Position numbers and translations under genes: made by a program. A DNA stretch of 63,995 bases, counting the filler, from Stramenopiles sp. TOSAG23-2 (taxonomy: Eukaryota): assembly GCA_900128395.1 (NCBI GenBank). It is 7 parts of 7 records of this genome, joined end to end, with 100 filler letters (N's around TTAATTAATTAA, not from the genome) between each part and the next. Parts side by side here need not be neighbours in the genome. Positions count along the whole stretch, not along the records: positions 27,843 to 55,552 come from LT649412.1; 6 more parts are not named here. One strand, written 5' to 3'. Under the pieces are notes generated by a model. It was not told the origin of the DNA and did no database searches. It saw only the letters and a list, made by a program, of their open reading frames with translations. Shown piece after piece: positions 41,045-51,261 of the stretch (positions are counted from its first letter, which is position 1; each line of letters opens with the position of its first letter).

Positions 41045-43204
41045 TTACAATGCACGATTGGAAGGATGTAGTAAAACATCAATTTCTTGTAAAATTTTTT
41101 GTTTTGAATTTCCAACTGCTCTTTCTAATCTTTTTACTTCTTCTTTTAATCGAACATGTGTTGGACTTGCAGCTCGTGGAGAATGTTTTTGCCATTGTCT
41201 ACTACTTAATTCTAATGCAGTTGTTATCTTTTCATTTCGAAATTGATTTAAATTTGTTATATGTACTTGTTTTCCACTTGTGCCTTCCTTTAACAACGCA
41301 TTGGCTTGTTTTTCTGTTATATTAATAGCAGCGTATGCAGATGAATCCAAACGTGGAGGATATTTGCGAGGAGAATTTACTGGACGACGTTTTAAAATAC
41401 CACCTTGATTCTTATTAGCAATACGTCTGTTAACACGATTATTATTATTACTATTTCTACTACGATTACTATTTAATCTTGAACCACTTGATGTTGATGG
41501 TCGAGGTCTTCCATAATAATTTTTTCTAGTATTATTATTATTCTTTCCTCCAGTAGCTATTTGTTTTTGGAAAGAAAATTTATGCGAAAATTTACGTGGG
41601 CTATTGCTTGTTTGTGGTCTTTGTATTTGCTTTGGACCTCTACGAATACGTAGCATATTTCTTTTTTCTTCTTCCTCATCTACTTCAATAAACGAATGAT
41701 CCGATGTATCCTCTGGTCGATCAGGTATTTTTATATTAAGTTTAATGTCAATCGATTTCATGGATGAAGAATACATACTTGCTTTGGAATTGCTATTGCT
41801 TTTCATATTTTCATTATTATTTTCAACTACTGTTTCCTCCACTTGGTTCATCATATTATCATTGTTGTTACTATTACTGTTATTTCTTCGTACTATGGCA
41901 TTACTACCAATTCTTTTTTTCCCAGCTTCCCACGGAATTGGTTTCATTCGTTGTTCTTCAACCATATTTTCCATACGATCAATCAATGCATGTAATTCCT
42001 TTGCATCTGGATGTAAACGTATATCACTATCATACAACATATTGTTATTGTCGTTCATCATCATGTTAACATTGCTTTCTTCATTTAACGCAGTATCATT
42101 ATTGTTATGATTGTTTAACATATCAGCTGGTGGTATATATGTGTCTAAATCATCATTATTATTCTCAATCGAACTTTTATTTGTAGTATTAAATGACACA
42201 CGACTAGTAACTACTCTTGGATTGTTGTTGTTCCCAGTTGTACTTGGACGTTGTTGATAACGATGTTGTTGATATCCAACATTACTATTTTTTATGATAC
42301 CAGTCGTCGGTCGCTTTGTTCTTCTCTCATTAATAGTTTCTTTTCGTTCAATTTTCATCATTTCATTAATATCCGTATGTAAATTATATTTATTAATATT
42401 ATTATTATAATTCTTGTAAAAATTAGTACCAATGGCTGTTGCAGGACGTAAACCAATACCATAAACACCATTATTTTTTACTACATTTTTACTTTTTTCA
42501 TTGTTATCCAAATTGTTGTTATTATTTGTTTTATTATCATTCCTAAAACCCATAGACGTTGTTGCACGATTGTTGTGATTACGTCGTGCTGGTCGAGGTG
42601 AAATTTGTTTTGGACTACCTTGCAGTGCAGCATACAATCCAACTTTTTTCACATTTTGTGGTTGTTGCATAAGTCTAGATACAGGTCTTTCCCCACCTCT
42701 TATTTGTTCTTGCTTTTGATTTCGTTTTTTCAGTGCTTGTTGTCGTCTCCTCTGTTGTTGTTGTTGCGAAAATGGACTTGTGCTAGCATTGTTATTATTA
42801 TTTGCAGTAGCAGCTTTGCGTATCCTTGATGTATGACTTGTTGTTGTTGCTGGTCTTGTTCTTAGTTTGTTGTTTTTATTATTATTGTTTCTATTCAAAA
42901 TTAATATTCGTTGACGTTGTTTATTATACAAATTGTTATTATTATTATTTTTAGTAGCACGACGTGATCCTTGATTTGTAGATGGTCTTCTTGGTACATT
43001 ATGATTATTATTTTTATAATCCATTCTAGAACCAGGCCTATGCATTTGATGATGCGTTGCTGGTCTTGTCGATGTATTATTATTCGTATTCCTACTTGGA
43101 TTTTTAATATAACCCACTTTTACTAGTTCATAATTAATTTTTGAATTTGTATTTCCAACATCATAATTCGTTAACGCGGAGAAAGGTCTTGGATATGGAT
43201 GCAT
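41045..43204 (-). CDS. Hypothetical disordered Asn/Arg-rich protein with recurrent RPx(T/S) motifs
   Basis: Intact 719-aa ORF; RPAT/RPST/RPTT/RPQT motifs throughout. Confidence 0.8.
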   Translation of the reverse strand: MHPYPRPFSALTNYDVGNTNSKINYELVKVGYIKNPSRNTNNNTSTRPATHHQMHRPGSRMDYKNNNHNVPRRPSTNQGSRRATKNNNNNNLYNKQRQRILILNRNNNNKNNKLRTRPATTTSHTSRIRKAATANNNNNASTSPFSQQQQQRRRQQALKKRNQKQEQIRGGERPVSRLMQQPQNVKKVGLYAALQGSPKQISPRPARRNHNNRATTSMGFRNDNKTNNNNNLDNNEKSKNVVKNNGVYGIGLRPATAIGTNFYKNYNNNINKYNLHTDINEMMKIERKETINERRTKRPTTGIIKNSNVGYQQHRYQQRPSTTGNNNNPRVVTSRVSFNTTNKSSIENNNDDLDTYIPPADMLNNHNNNDTALNEESNVNMMMNDNNNMLYDSDIRLHPDAKELHALIDRMENMVEEQRMKPIPWEAGKKRIGSNAIVRRNNSNSNNNDNMMNQVEETVVENNNENMKSNSNSKASMYSSSMKSIDIKLNIKIPDRPEDTSDHSFIEVDEEEEKRNMLRIRRGPKQIQRPQTSNSPRKFSHKFSFQKQIATGGKNNNNTRKNYYGRPRPSTSSGSRLNSNRSRNSNNNNRVNRRIANKNQGGILKRRPVNSPRKYPPRLDSSAYAAINITEKQANALLKEGTSGKQVHITNLNQFRNEKITTALELSSRQWQKHSPRAASPTHVRLKEEVKRLERAVGNSKQKILQEIDVLLHPSNRAL

Positions 43205-44199
43205 GCCTCCCGTCGTTTGAAATATTATTTCTTTTTATATATATAATAGTTACAAATAAATGAATTTGATATACACAGTACACACACGCACATATATATA
43301 TATTGACTTACACAGTGTTGTTCCTCTTTGGTTTTCCGAATCAAATTTAGTATTTATACTTTTTTATTTTTTCGTGTAACCAGACGACTGCAACAATATG
43401 AGCGCGGAAGAAGAAAAACGCTTGAAAAACTTGATCGAAAGGAAGCTGTCAAAATTAAGGCTTTTATACAATGCTTTGTTCGGAAAAGTGTGCAAAAGTA
43501 TAAGAAAATGCATACTAAACATGATATATATATTGTTTCCTATCTTGGAAAAGTTTGAATACTATGGAATTAGTAGGGTAGTAGTATGAGAATAGGTACT
43601 TTTTAAAGGAATTAAGCAGAGAGCGAGAGAGAGAGCACAATAGCAATAGCTATGAGGAATTACATGGAAGTAGTACCTTCTTAGATAGCAAGGAATTAGT
43701 ATGAAAAAGCATTCGAATATCAGCTGCTATATGTAATTTCTTAGACTACCACATGGTATGGCACAGGGCATGGCGCCTCGTCCTAATTTTAAAAATTATT
43801 CGAACTTGCTTATAACAAATTGGAAAATCGTGTGCTCTTTTTGCTTTTTAAAATATGGTACTCTCAACCAGATCTTGTAGCTTTCCTAATGCTATTTCCA
43901 TGTAATTATCTACAACCGTCATGTTGTTGTCAATAAATTTACGTACATTAGCTCAAAAAAACAAAAATATATCTGTTACCACCCCACTACCGTAGCATTA
44001 TGATTGGCATTTTAAATATAATAAAAAATGTAGGATTTTAAAATATATATATATTTAGTGTACATCGATATACATTTTTATGGATAGTCATTTAAAAACA
44101 CTAATATATATATATATAATCTATTTATTTATTTGTATAGAGTTGTATATATTATATATTTAAATATATATATATATACATTATATACATATATATAAA

Positions 44200-44663
44200 A
44201 TGTCGAAAAAAAAAGATAAAAATGAAGTGACGAAAGTTACTGAATGGAAAAGGCCGGAAGGTTATGCTTGTTGATGCAAATGAAAAAAAAGCAGTTGCTG
44301 AAGAAATTGCTGAAAATGTTGCCATCGAAAAAGCTACTGTAACAGAGGAAACAGATAAAGCAACGATTGAAGAGGAGAAAGTTAGTGTAATTGCTGCAGA
44401 GGCTAATAAAATTGCAACTAGTGCTGCAGCAGATTTAGCAAAGGCAGAACCAGCTGTCGAAAATGCAATGAAAGACACAAGCTTCTTGGATCGCTACTGA
44501 AGTTGGCTATATTAGACCAGACCCAAGTGTCTATAATTGTCCAATATATTCCACCACCTTTAGAGGACCAACATACATCGTGCTCGCAACATTAAAAAGT
44601 GTTGAACCATCTACAAAATGGGTTTTAGCAGGTGTTGCAATGATTATGCAAGAAGATATGTAA
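44200..44663 (+). pseudogene. Collapsed axonemal dynein heavy chain remnant (stalk coiled-coil piece fused out of frame to the extreme C-terminus)
   Basis: ADLAKAEPAVENAM (stalk-proximal coiled coil), then in another frame SWIATEVGYIRPDPSVYNCPIYSTTFRGPTYIVLATLKSVEPSTKWVLAGVAMIMQEDM* (DHC C-terminus). Confidence 0.8.
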
Positions 44664-45123
44664 AGTAAAACAATTATTTCTTTGTATTATTAGCAATTAT
44701 GTATTGCTATATTAACTTATATCTGTATAAAAAAAATTAAAAAAATACCCGCTCGGCTAAACGCACGAGTATTGTGTTAACACCTTAAGCTTTTATAATA
44801 TAATAGCTTATTATTATCCTATTAATATTTACCTATATTACCAAGTATACCTCGACACTACATCTACAACTACCGTCTACTACCGTTATTATTTATTATC
44901 GATTTATTATAATTATAAATTTCATTAGATTAATAATTAGATTAGTATCATCAATACAAATAGACAAAAAGTCTTTCACAACTGACGACAACAAACAACA
45001 AAAAAAAGTCTCTTCTTAGATTTATTTATCGTGTGTGTGTGTGTGTGGCTTTGTGTTTCTATTTGTTGTGTTTGTAAAAAAGAGAAAGAAAAAACATACC
45101 AAGAAATTAGGAGAATTGTTATT

Positions 45124-45935
45124 ATGGCTATGGAAGGTGTGAAATTTGTCACGTCAGCATTGGAAGGGGATTTGCAAACGTTACGATATATGTTACAAAA
45201 TGGGACACGTGTAAACTGTTTTAATCCAACGAATGGTAGAAATGCTTTGCATGAAGCCGCTGCGTTTGGTAAAGAACCTGTAGTTCGATTTTTAATAGAG
45301 AATGGTGTCAATATACATAGTAGGACTATGTTAGGCCGCGAATCTGCACTTCATTTAGCATCATCAAATGGTCAAGAAGTCACTACGAAAATATTATTAA
45401 AAAGAGGTTGTCGTGTAAATGATGTAAATAAACAAGGTGGTAAGTCATCATAGAGTCTTTCGAAATATATCATATTATTGCAACAATACAAAACTAACAA
45501 TTTTTTCCCCATTTTCCTTTTGTCACTAATATATTCTTTAAATATCAAATGTATATTAAATGGTTTATTATTATAATAGATACACCACTGCATATGGCAT
45601 CTGGGGATGCAGTTGGTACACATTTATTAAATTTTGGCGCAGATGCATTTTTAACTAATAAACGTGGATTAACACCAATAGAAACAGCAAAACAGCAAGG
45701 GAGAACATCGTTAGTACGTATGTTTCAAAAAGCACAAGAACAAGCACATCGTAATATGTTGGCAAAAGAACGTGAACGCCGTGCTATCATCCGTGCACGT
45801 CATAAAGAAATGGAAATAGAGGATAAAAAGAAATTAGCGGAACAAAAGAAAGCAGCAATGAAAGCAGAATATTTACGTTTTCGACATAAAGGTAGTAAAA
45901 AGAAAAAAACGACTAGTATATTTCATCAAAAATGA
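45124..45935 (+). CDS. Ankyrin-repeat protein with basic coiled-coil tail; 2 exons (45124-45439, 45580-45935)
   Basis: GRNALHEAA, ESALHLAS and G|DTPLHMA across intron 45440-45579 (GTAAGT..ACTAAC..TAG). Confidence 0.9.
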
Positions 45936-45968
45936 TATACTAGTCGTTTTTTTCTTTTTACTACCTTT
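45888..45968. repeat. Perfect 34-bp inverted repeat spanning the stop codon of the ankyrin gene
   Basis: 45888-45921 is the exact reverse complement of 45935-45968; 13-nt spacer. Confidence 0.95.
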
Positions 45969-46058
45969 GGCGGAGAAACATTTTTACGTATATTTTTATG
46001 TAAGATTTTTATATAATTATTACGAACCTCGTATGTATAACGTACAGTATATAAAATG

Positions 46059-46091
46059 TTCTCTTACTCATATATATAATATATAAATTTC
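46059..46091 (-). repeat. Dispersed element, partial copy 4
   Basis: Reverse complement reads GAAATTTATATATTATATATATGAGTAAGAGAA. Confidence 0.55.
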
Positions 46092-46336
46092 CTATATATT
46101 ATTCTTCAAATGCACAGCACCTAGCACCCTATACGTATGATATAATATACGAGTAGTTTTTCACACCCCGGTACAAATTTTAAATTTTTTATTTTTAGCA
46201 TGCCTCTCAACTCTTCACGCGTAGTAATAAAAATACAACACACGATTCTCCGAGTATTTTGACGCAACAATTTTGTTCCCTGTATCTTCCAAACCCGTAA
46301 TAAATCGTTTCAAGACGCAATTTCTATTTTAAAAGC

Positions 46337-47017
46337 TCAATCCCAGCAAGAAGGATTACTACCATGATGAAGACATAGACCATTTGATGGCTTACCTGCA
46401 TCATTCCATACTTGTTTGACGTAATTATTGCCATCTGATGTAATGTTATTTCCCCACAAACTCAAATATTGCAAACTATTCATATATTTTATGATAGAAC
46501 CTAGTTCTTTTATACCAGGATCATTGATGTTATTATGATGCAGCTTAAGTTTCATAATTCTATTTTCAAAAAAACCATCACATATTCGTAACTCCTCTTT
46601 CGTATACCATTCACATGATTTATAATTATTTTTTAACACATGTGTTTCTTTGTTATGAACCATCGTATCTGGTATAAAAGAAATAACGATGGATATTCCT
46701 ATAGATAATATCACAAATACAACAAGACGTTTATTAATATTATTGTTTTCAATTATTATATTACATATTATTGTTGCTTGTGTAACAATGACATAATATA
46801 ACCATATATATGAATATAAATCATGATATGGTATCACCCATAATACAATGATTGGGATGATTAAAAACAATATCGCACGAAAAATGATCCAATAATATGA
46901 TAATTTTGCTGTTGTTATTCTTGCTGTTGTTGATGATGACCCCGTTGTTGCATTTTTTTGTATATACAATGGGTTTAACGTTGCATTGAATATGTCTTTT
47001 TCAAACACATGATTCAT
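46337..47017 (-). CDS. Small membrane protein (~3 TM) with 1-2 C-terminal LRRs
   Basis: Hydrophobic segments followed by LKLHHNNINDPG and LQYLSLWGNNITSDG. Confidence 0.65.
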   Translation of the reverse strand: MNHVFEKDIFNATLNPLYIQKNATTGSSSTTARITTAKLSYYWIIFRAILFLIIPIIVLWVIPYHDLYSYIWLYYVIVTQATIICNIIIENNNINKRLVVFVILSIGISIVISFIPDTMVHNKETHVLKNNYKSCEWYTKEELRICDGFFENRIMKLKLHHNNINDPGIKELGSIIKYMNSLQYLSLWGNNITSDGNNYVKQVWNDAGKPSNGLCLHHGSNPSCWD

Positions 47018-47600
47018 CTTCCTTTAATCTCTTGTATTATTTATACATTAAATTAATCTAGATATACATTTCTCACCGATATATAAATTAACAAAATGTG
47101 TTCACTCATTTAAAGTGTTATTGATTACATAATTCTACATTATTGTAAATATCTACGTGCTAACTGGTATAGATCTGGTTATGTCGATTGGATGATATAA
47201 CGTGAAGATAGCAGGTACATCAAGAGGATGTAAGGCAAATAGCATTGAGAGTGGAGCTAGTGGCCAAGAGAGAGTTGATCGTTATGAGAGAGTGAGAGTT
47301 GATAATGGTATTATATGTGCGTGTTATTGTGTGGATATAGATGCGTTTCTACAGACGTGTAGAGGCATATATATATACATACATACACATGTTAGTACAC
47401 ATACATTACATTTTATAAAATAGAGTTTTTATGGTTTATATTACATATAGTTTGTGAATCTATATTGTACTTTAGTAGTAGTAATAATAAAGTGTCATTT
47501 TGGACATATATATATTCTTACATATATATATATTCCGTGTAGTTAGGTTATTCACGCGTTGAAGTTAACCAGCTACAAATCGTTGTTGTTGTCAGGAGAT

Positions 47601-47679
47601 CAAAGGAACGTGTTACATAGTGACGCATCTGCTGATCAGCTGTTGCAAAGGAACGTGTTACATAGTGACGCATCTGCTG
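47601..47679. repeat. 34-bp direct repeat, period 45
   Basis: CAAAGGAACGTGTTACATAGTGACGCATCTGCTG at 47601 and 47646. Confidence 0.95.
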
Positions 47680-48199
47680 CTTAGCTAAGATATCTAATAT
47701 TTATATTATTTATCTAGACCTGTATTTATCTCTATCGTTACATCACGGGTGGTCCCGGGTATTTTGAGATATTTACGATAGTAAAGAGAAAGTCATAGTT
47801 TTGAGATAAAAGTGTGTTTTAAGTTAAATTTAAGATTATAAATTAGTCATTTGATAGGGTAAAAATCGATGTGATGAGAGTATAATACCAGGAGTATCCA
47901 TATTCGTCGCTTCGCTCCTCAAGAGTGAAGGCACGAAATAGACGAGGGCACCGTGTAGAGTATCCAGACAATTTTTTTGATCTTCTAATTTCTAATTTCC
48001 CCTTTCAAGTATAAATTATGTGCCATTTTTGATAGGTAAAGATATCCAGGACAATACCGAATAACATCTAAAATAATCTAATCATCCTCCGCACGCGAAT
48101 AGTTGCAATAATTTTATTATAATGCCTAACTATAACAACCTGGATGGAATAGTTTTATAATCGAAGAATAAATAAATAAAAAGAAAATGACCATAACCG

Positions 48200-48490
48200 C
48201 ATGTAGAAAAGAGATCATAGAAATGTACTGACGGGAAAGAAAAACGTTTAATTTATCAAGATTGAAATACAAATTAGATTTTTATAACAATAGGAGGAAG
48301 TACGCAAATAAATACATGTAGAAAAGAGATCATAGAAATGTACTGACGGGAAAGAAAAACGTTTAATTTATCAAGATTGAAATACAAATTAGATTTTTAT
48401 AACAATAGGAGGAAGTACGCAAATAAATAAATAAAAATTGAAATACAAAGTACATTTTTATTACAATAGGAGGAAGTACGCAAATAAATA
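48200..48490. repeat. 115-bp tandem duplication plus a degenerate partial third copy upstream of the RCC1 gene
   Basis: Copies start at 48200 and 48315; ACAATAGGAGGAAGTACGCAAATAAATA occurs three times. Confidence 0.95.
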
Positions 48491-48515
48491 AATAAATATA
48501 TAAATCTCACACACC

Positions 48516-49811
48516 ATGTTTCATGCAACGAAAACATTATTCATGAAAAATAAATTAATATGCATTGGCGCGACGACTTTTGGTGCTGCTGCATATTTTA
48601 ATGATCCAATCAAGTCAACCATGTCTTATACAAATAATAGAATATCATATGCAGCTTGGTCTGTGGCTGAAAAAGTTGCAAAAACAACGGCAAGTTACAG
48701 CTTTGGTAATAATTTATTTGGACAATTAGGTTTAGGGAATGACGTAAAACAAATTCAACCAATTTTTGTTGAGAATTTACCAACCAACGATAATGTATCT
48801 TTTATTGATGCTTCTTTTGATCAATCTGCTTTTGTTACGAGAGGAGGTAAGTTATTTACATGTGGTTGTGGTGCCCATGATAGACTAGGACACGGCCACA
48901 GTGATAGCAATCAAACGTTGCCACAATTAGTGGAAAGTTTATCAAGCTCGGAAGTGACTTCAGTTTCTATTGGTGGATTTCATATGATATGTTTATGTAG
49001 TAACGGGGATGTCTATAGCTTTGGGCGTAACAATTTTTCACAACTTGGTCATGACAATCAAAATCCCGGCGAAGCAACAAAAATAAATAATTCCCCTTTT
49101 GGTGGTAAAAAAGTTACACAAGTTTCAGCTGGACGAATGCATTCAGCTGTATTATTGGAAAATGGACTCGTATATACATGGGGATGTGGTCACGATGGTG
49201 CTCTTGGTCATGGAAATAAAAGCAAACAAACTGAACCGAAATTAGTCGAAACATTGAAAGATAAACGTGCAGTGAATATTTCCTGTGGAAGAGATTACAC
49301 TATTGTTGTAATGGATGATGGTAGTGTATATTCTTTCGGAAGAGATGGTAATGGTCAACTAGGACAAGGTAGAAAATCATTAGTTGTATCTGCACCTAAG
49401 AAAATAAATTTACCAGCGAGTGAAAAAGCATTAAAAGCAGCGGCTGGTGATGCACATGTTTTATTAGCAACGGAAAGTGGCAAAGTATTCAGTTGGGGTG
49501 ATGGTCAACAAGGCCAGCTTGGACATGGTGGAAATACAAATATTTATCTTCCACGTGAAATTGATTATTTTGTTGATGAAAATGAAAAAATTATTGATGT
49601 CGCAGCTGGTGCTTCCCATAGTGGATGCGTTAGCGAAGATGGTAAATTATTTTTATTTGGTAAAGGAAGAAGCGGTCAATTGGGAAGAGGTGATCAATTG
49701 GAAAGCAATGCAGCATATCGAGTAACTCCAGTAAAAGTCGAAGGGTTGAAAAATGTTGTACAAGTAGCATTAGGAAAAGAACATTCTTTATGTTTAGTCG
49801 AGGAAAAGTAA
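48516..49811 (+). CDS. RCC1-repeat beta-propeller protein, possible mitochondrial presequence
   Basis: About seven YSFG.N..GQLG / VSAGxxH repeats; basic, acid-poor N-terminus. Confidence 0.92.
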   Translation: MFHATKTLFMKNKLICIGATTFGAAAYFNDPIKSTMSYTNNRISYAAWSVAEKVAKTTASYSFGNNLFGQLGLGNDVKQIQPIFVENLPTNDNVSFIDASFDQSAFVTRGGKLFTCGCGAHDRLGHGHSDSNQTLPQLVESLSSSEVTSVSIGGFHMICLCSNGDVYSFGRNNFSQLGHDNQNPGEATKINNSPFGGKKVTQVSAGRMHSAVLLENGLVYTWGCGHDGALGHGNKSKQTEPKLVETLKDKRAVNISCGRDYTIVVMDDGSVYSFGRDGNGQLGQGRKSLVVSAPKKINLPASEKALKAAAGDAHVLLATESGKVFSWGDGQQGQLGHGGNTNIYLPREIDYFVDENEKIIDVAAGASHSGCVSEDGKLFLFGKGRSGQLGRGDQLESNAAYRVTPVKVEGLKNVVQVALGKEHSLCLVEEK

Positions 49812-50185
49812 CTTTCAAAAAAGTGTTTTTAGATCTACGTACAACAAGTACACGGACTGTGTGTGTGTGCAAAAACAAGGAGGAGTTTTTTTTTTGTGTT
49901 CGTAACAATCTGAGAAGATATTAAATATAAAAAAGAAAATATGTAATAAAATATATAATACGAGTACAAAATATATATATAACAAGATATATAATTTGTA
50001 TCCTTGATACCCGTAAATTATGATTGCATTCGACACACTCGAATACACGCACACATACTTTCATCATTAAAATCTCTTCACAAATTTTTCAATTTGAAAT
50101 GCGATTTAGATTTTACTAAAAAACAAAAACATTAAATGTATACATTTTCCAATTGCATAATACACCACACTATCCTTTATTTTTT

Positions 50186-50956
50186 TCAATCACCTTTACC
50201 AATAACAATATTACCATCCCCTTTAACATCTGCTTGTACACTATTATTGTCCTTCTTCATAGAAAATGAAAATATGACATCATTATAAGCATTCGAAGTA
50301 TTGATAATCGATCCATCATCTGATGATCCTTTATCATTATCACTATTACTATTACTGTGATGTTTGTTATTATTACCTTGATGCAATAACCATGTTTTTG
50401 AATATGCTGGTGAAGCTAGAGGTATTGAATCACCACGCCCACGACGTATGGCATTTTCAATGTGAAGGCTACGCAAAAATGAATTGTTTGGAGACACACC
50501 AACGTTAAGAGCAGCATTATGTACAATGTTGTTTTTCATTGAACGTCGTCGTTTATTATTCGAATTTGATATTGGAGACTGTGACATTACCATATTATTA
50601 TTAGTAGTACTATCATGATTATTATTGTCATTATTATGATGGATTATATCGGGTATTGCAGTGGTAGTAGTAGTAGTTGTTGTTGTTGTCGTAGTAGTAG
50701 AAATCGGTTTTTGCACTAAATTCTCTAAATCGCTTTCTAAAGCTGCAGAATAAGACCTTTTCAAAGTACTAGTAACTCTATTATTAGCATTATGTATTAC
50801 ATTATTATTATGTGACGTTTTTCGTTTATTATATACAGTTGGTCCAATATTGAATGAACGTTGGGACGGAGTGGTACTATTTATGGTATTATTGTTGTCA
50901 TCATCATCATCATCATCATAATCTCTTGTACGTTTTTTCAATAACAAACTAGCCAT
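50186..50956 (-). CDS. Hypothetical low-complexity protein
   Basis: ATG at 50956 (MASLLLKKR); Asn/Thr-rich; an upstream exon cannot be excluded. Confidence 0.65.
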   Translation of the reverse strand: MASLLLKKRTRDYDDDDDDDNNNTINSTTPSQRSFNIGPTVYNKRKTSHNNNVIHNANNRVTSTLKRSYSAALESDLENLVQKPISTTTTTTTTTTTTTAIPDIIHHNNDNNNHDSTTNNNMVMSQSPISNSNNKRRRSMKNNIVHNAALNVGVSPNNSFLRSLHIENAIRRGRGDSIPLASPAYSKTWLLHQGNNNKHHSNSNSDNDKGSSDDGSIINTSNAYNDVIFSFSMKKDNNSVQADVKGDGNIVIGKGD

Positions 50957-51261
50957 TTCACGTATCAATGCAATGTACCTATCTATCAAAAATATATAAA
51001 CACACACTTAAAATTATGATGACCTCGATAAATTATAAACAAAAACTACTATAATTATCGGTCCATATATTCAAAATAATTTTTATAATGTGTTGTGAAT
51101 TATATTTATACTGTATAGATCTATATGTGGCAAAAAAAACTTTATAGATTATATATATATACAATTCTTTGATATCCGTTTGAAAATGTGATGGCTACGT
51201 TTTCTTTATATGTATATATATATATGTATATATACCGTACACTTTCTTTTTTTTAAAAAAT

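Noticed and set aside
43328-43589. Short ORFs upstream of the RPxT gene
   Set aside because: No recognisable features; located in an upstream spacer; likely spurious.
44498-44500. TGA in the dynein remnant as selenocysteine or readthrough
   Set aside because: Dynein similarity resumes in a different frame before this codon, so it is a deletion junction rather than recoding.
47601-48490. Direct repeats as a CRISPR array
   Set aside because: Only two to three copies, no unique regular spacers, no cas genes, eukaryotic context.
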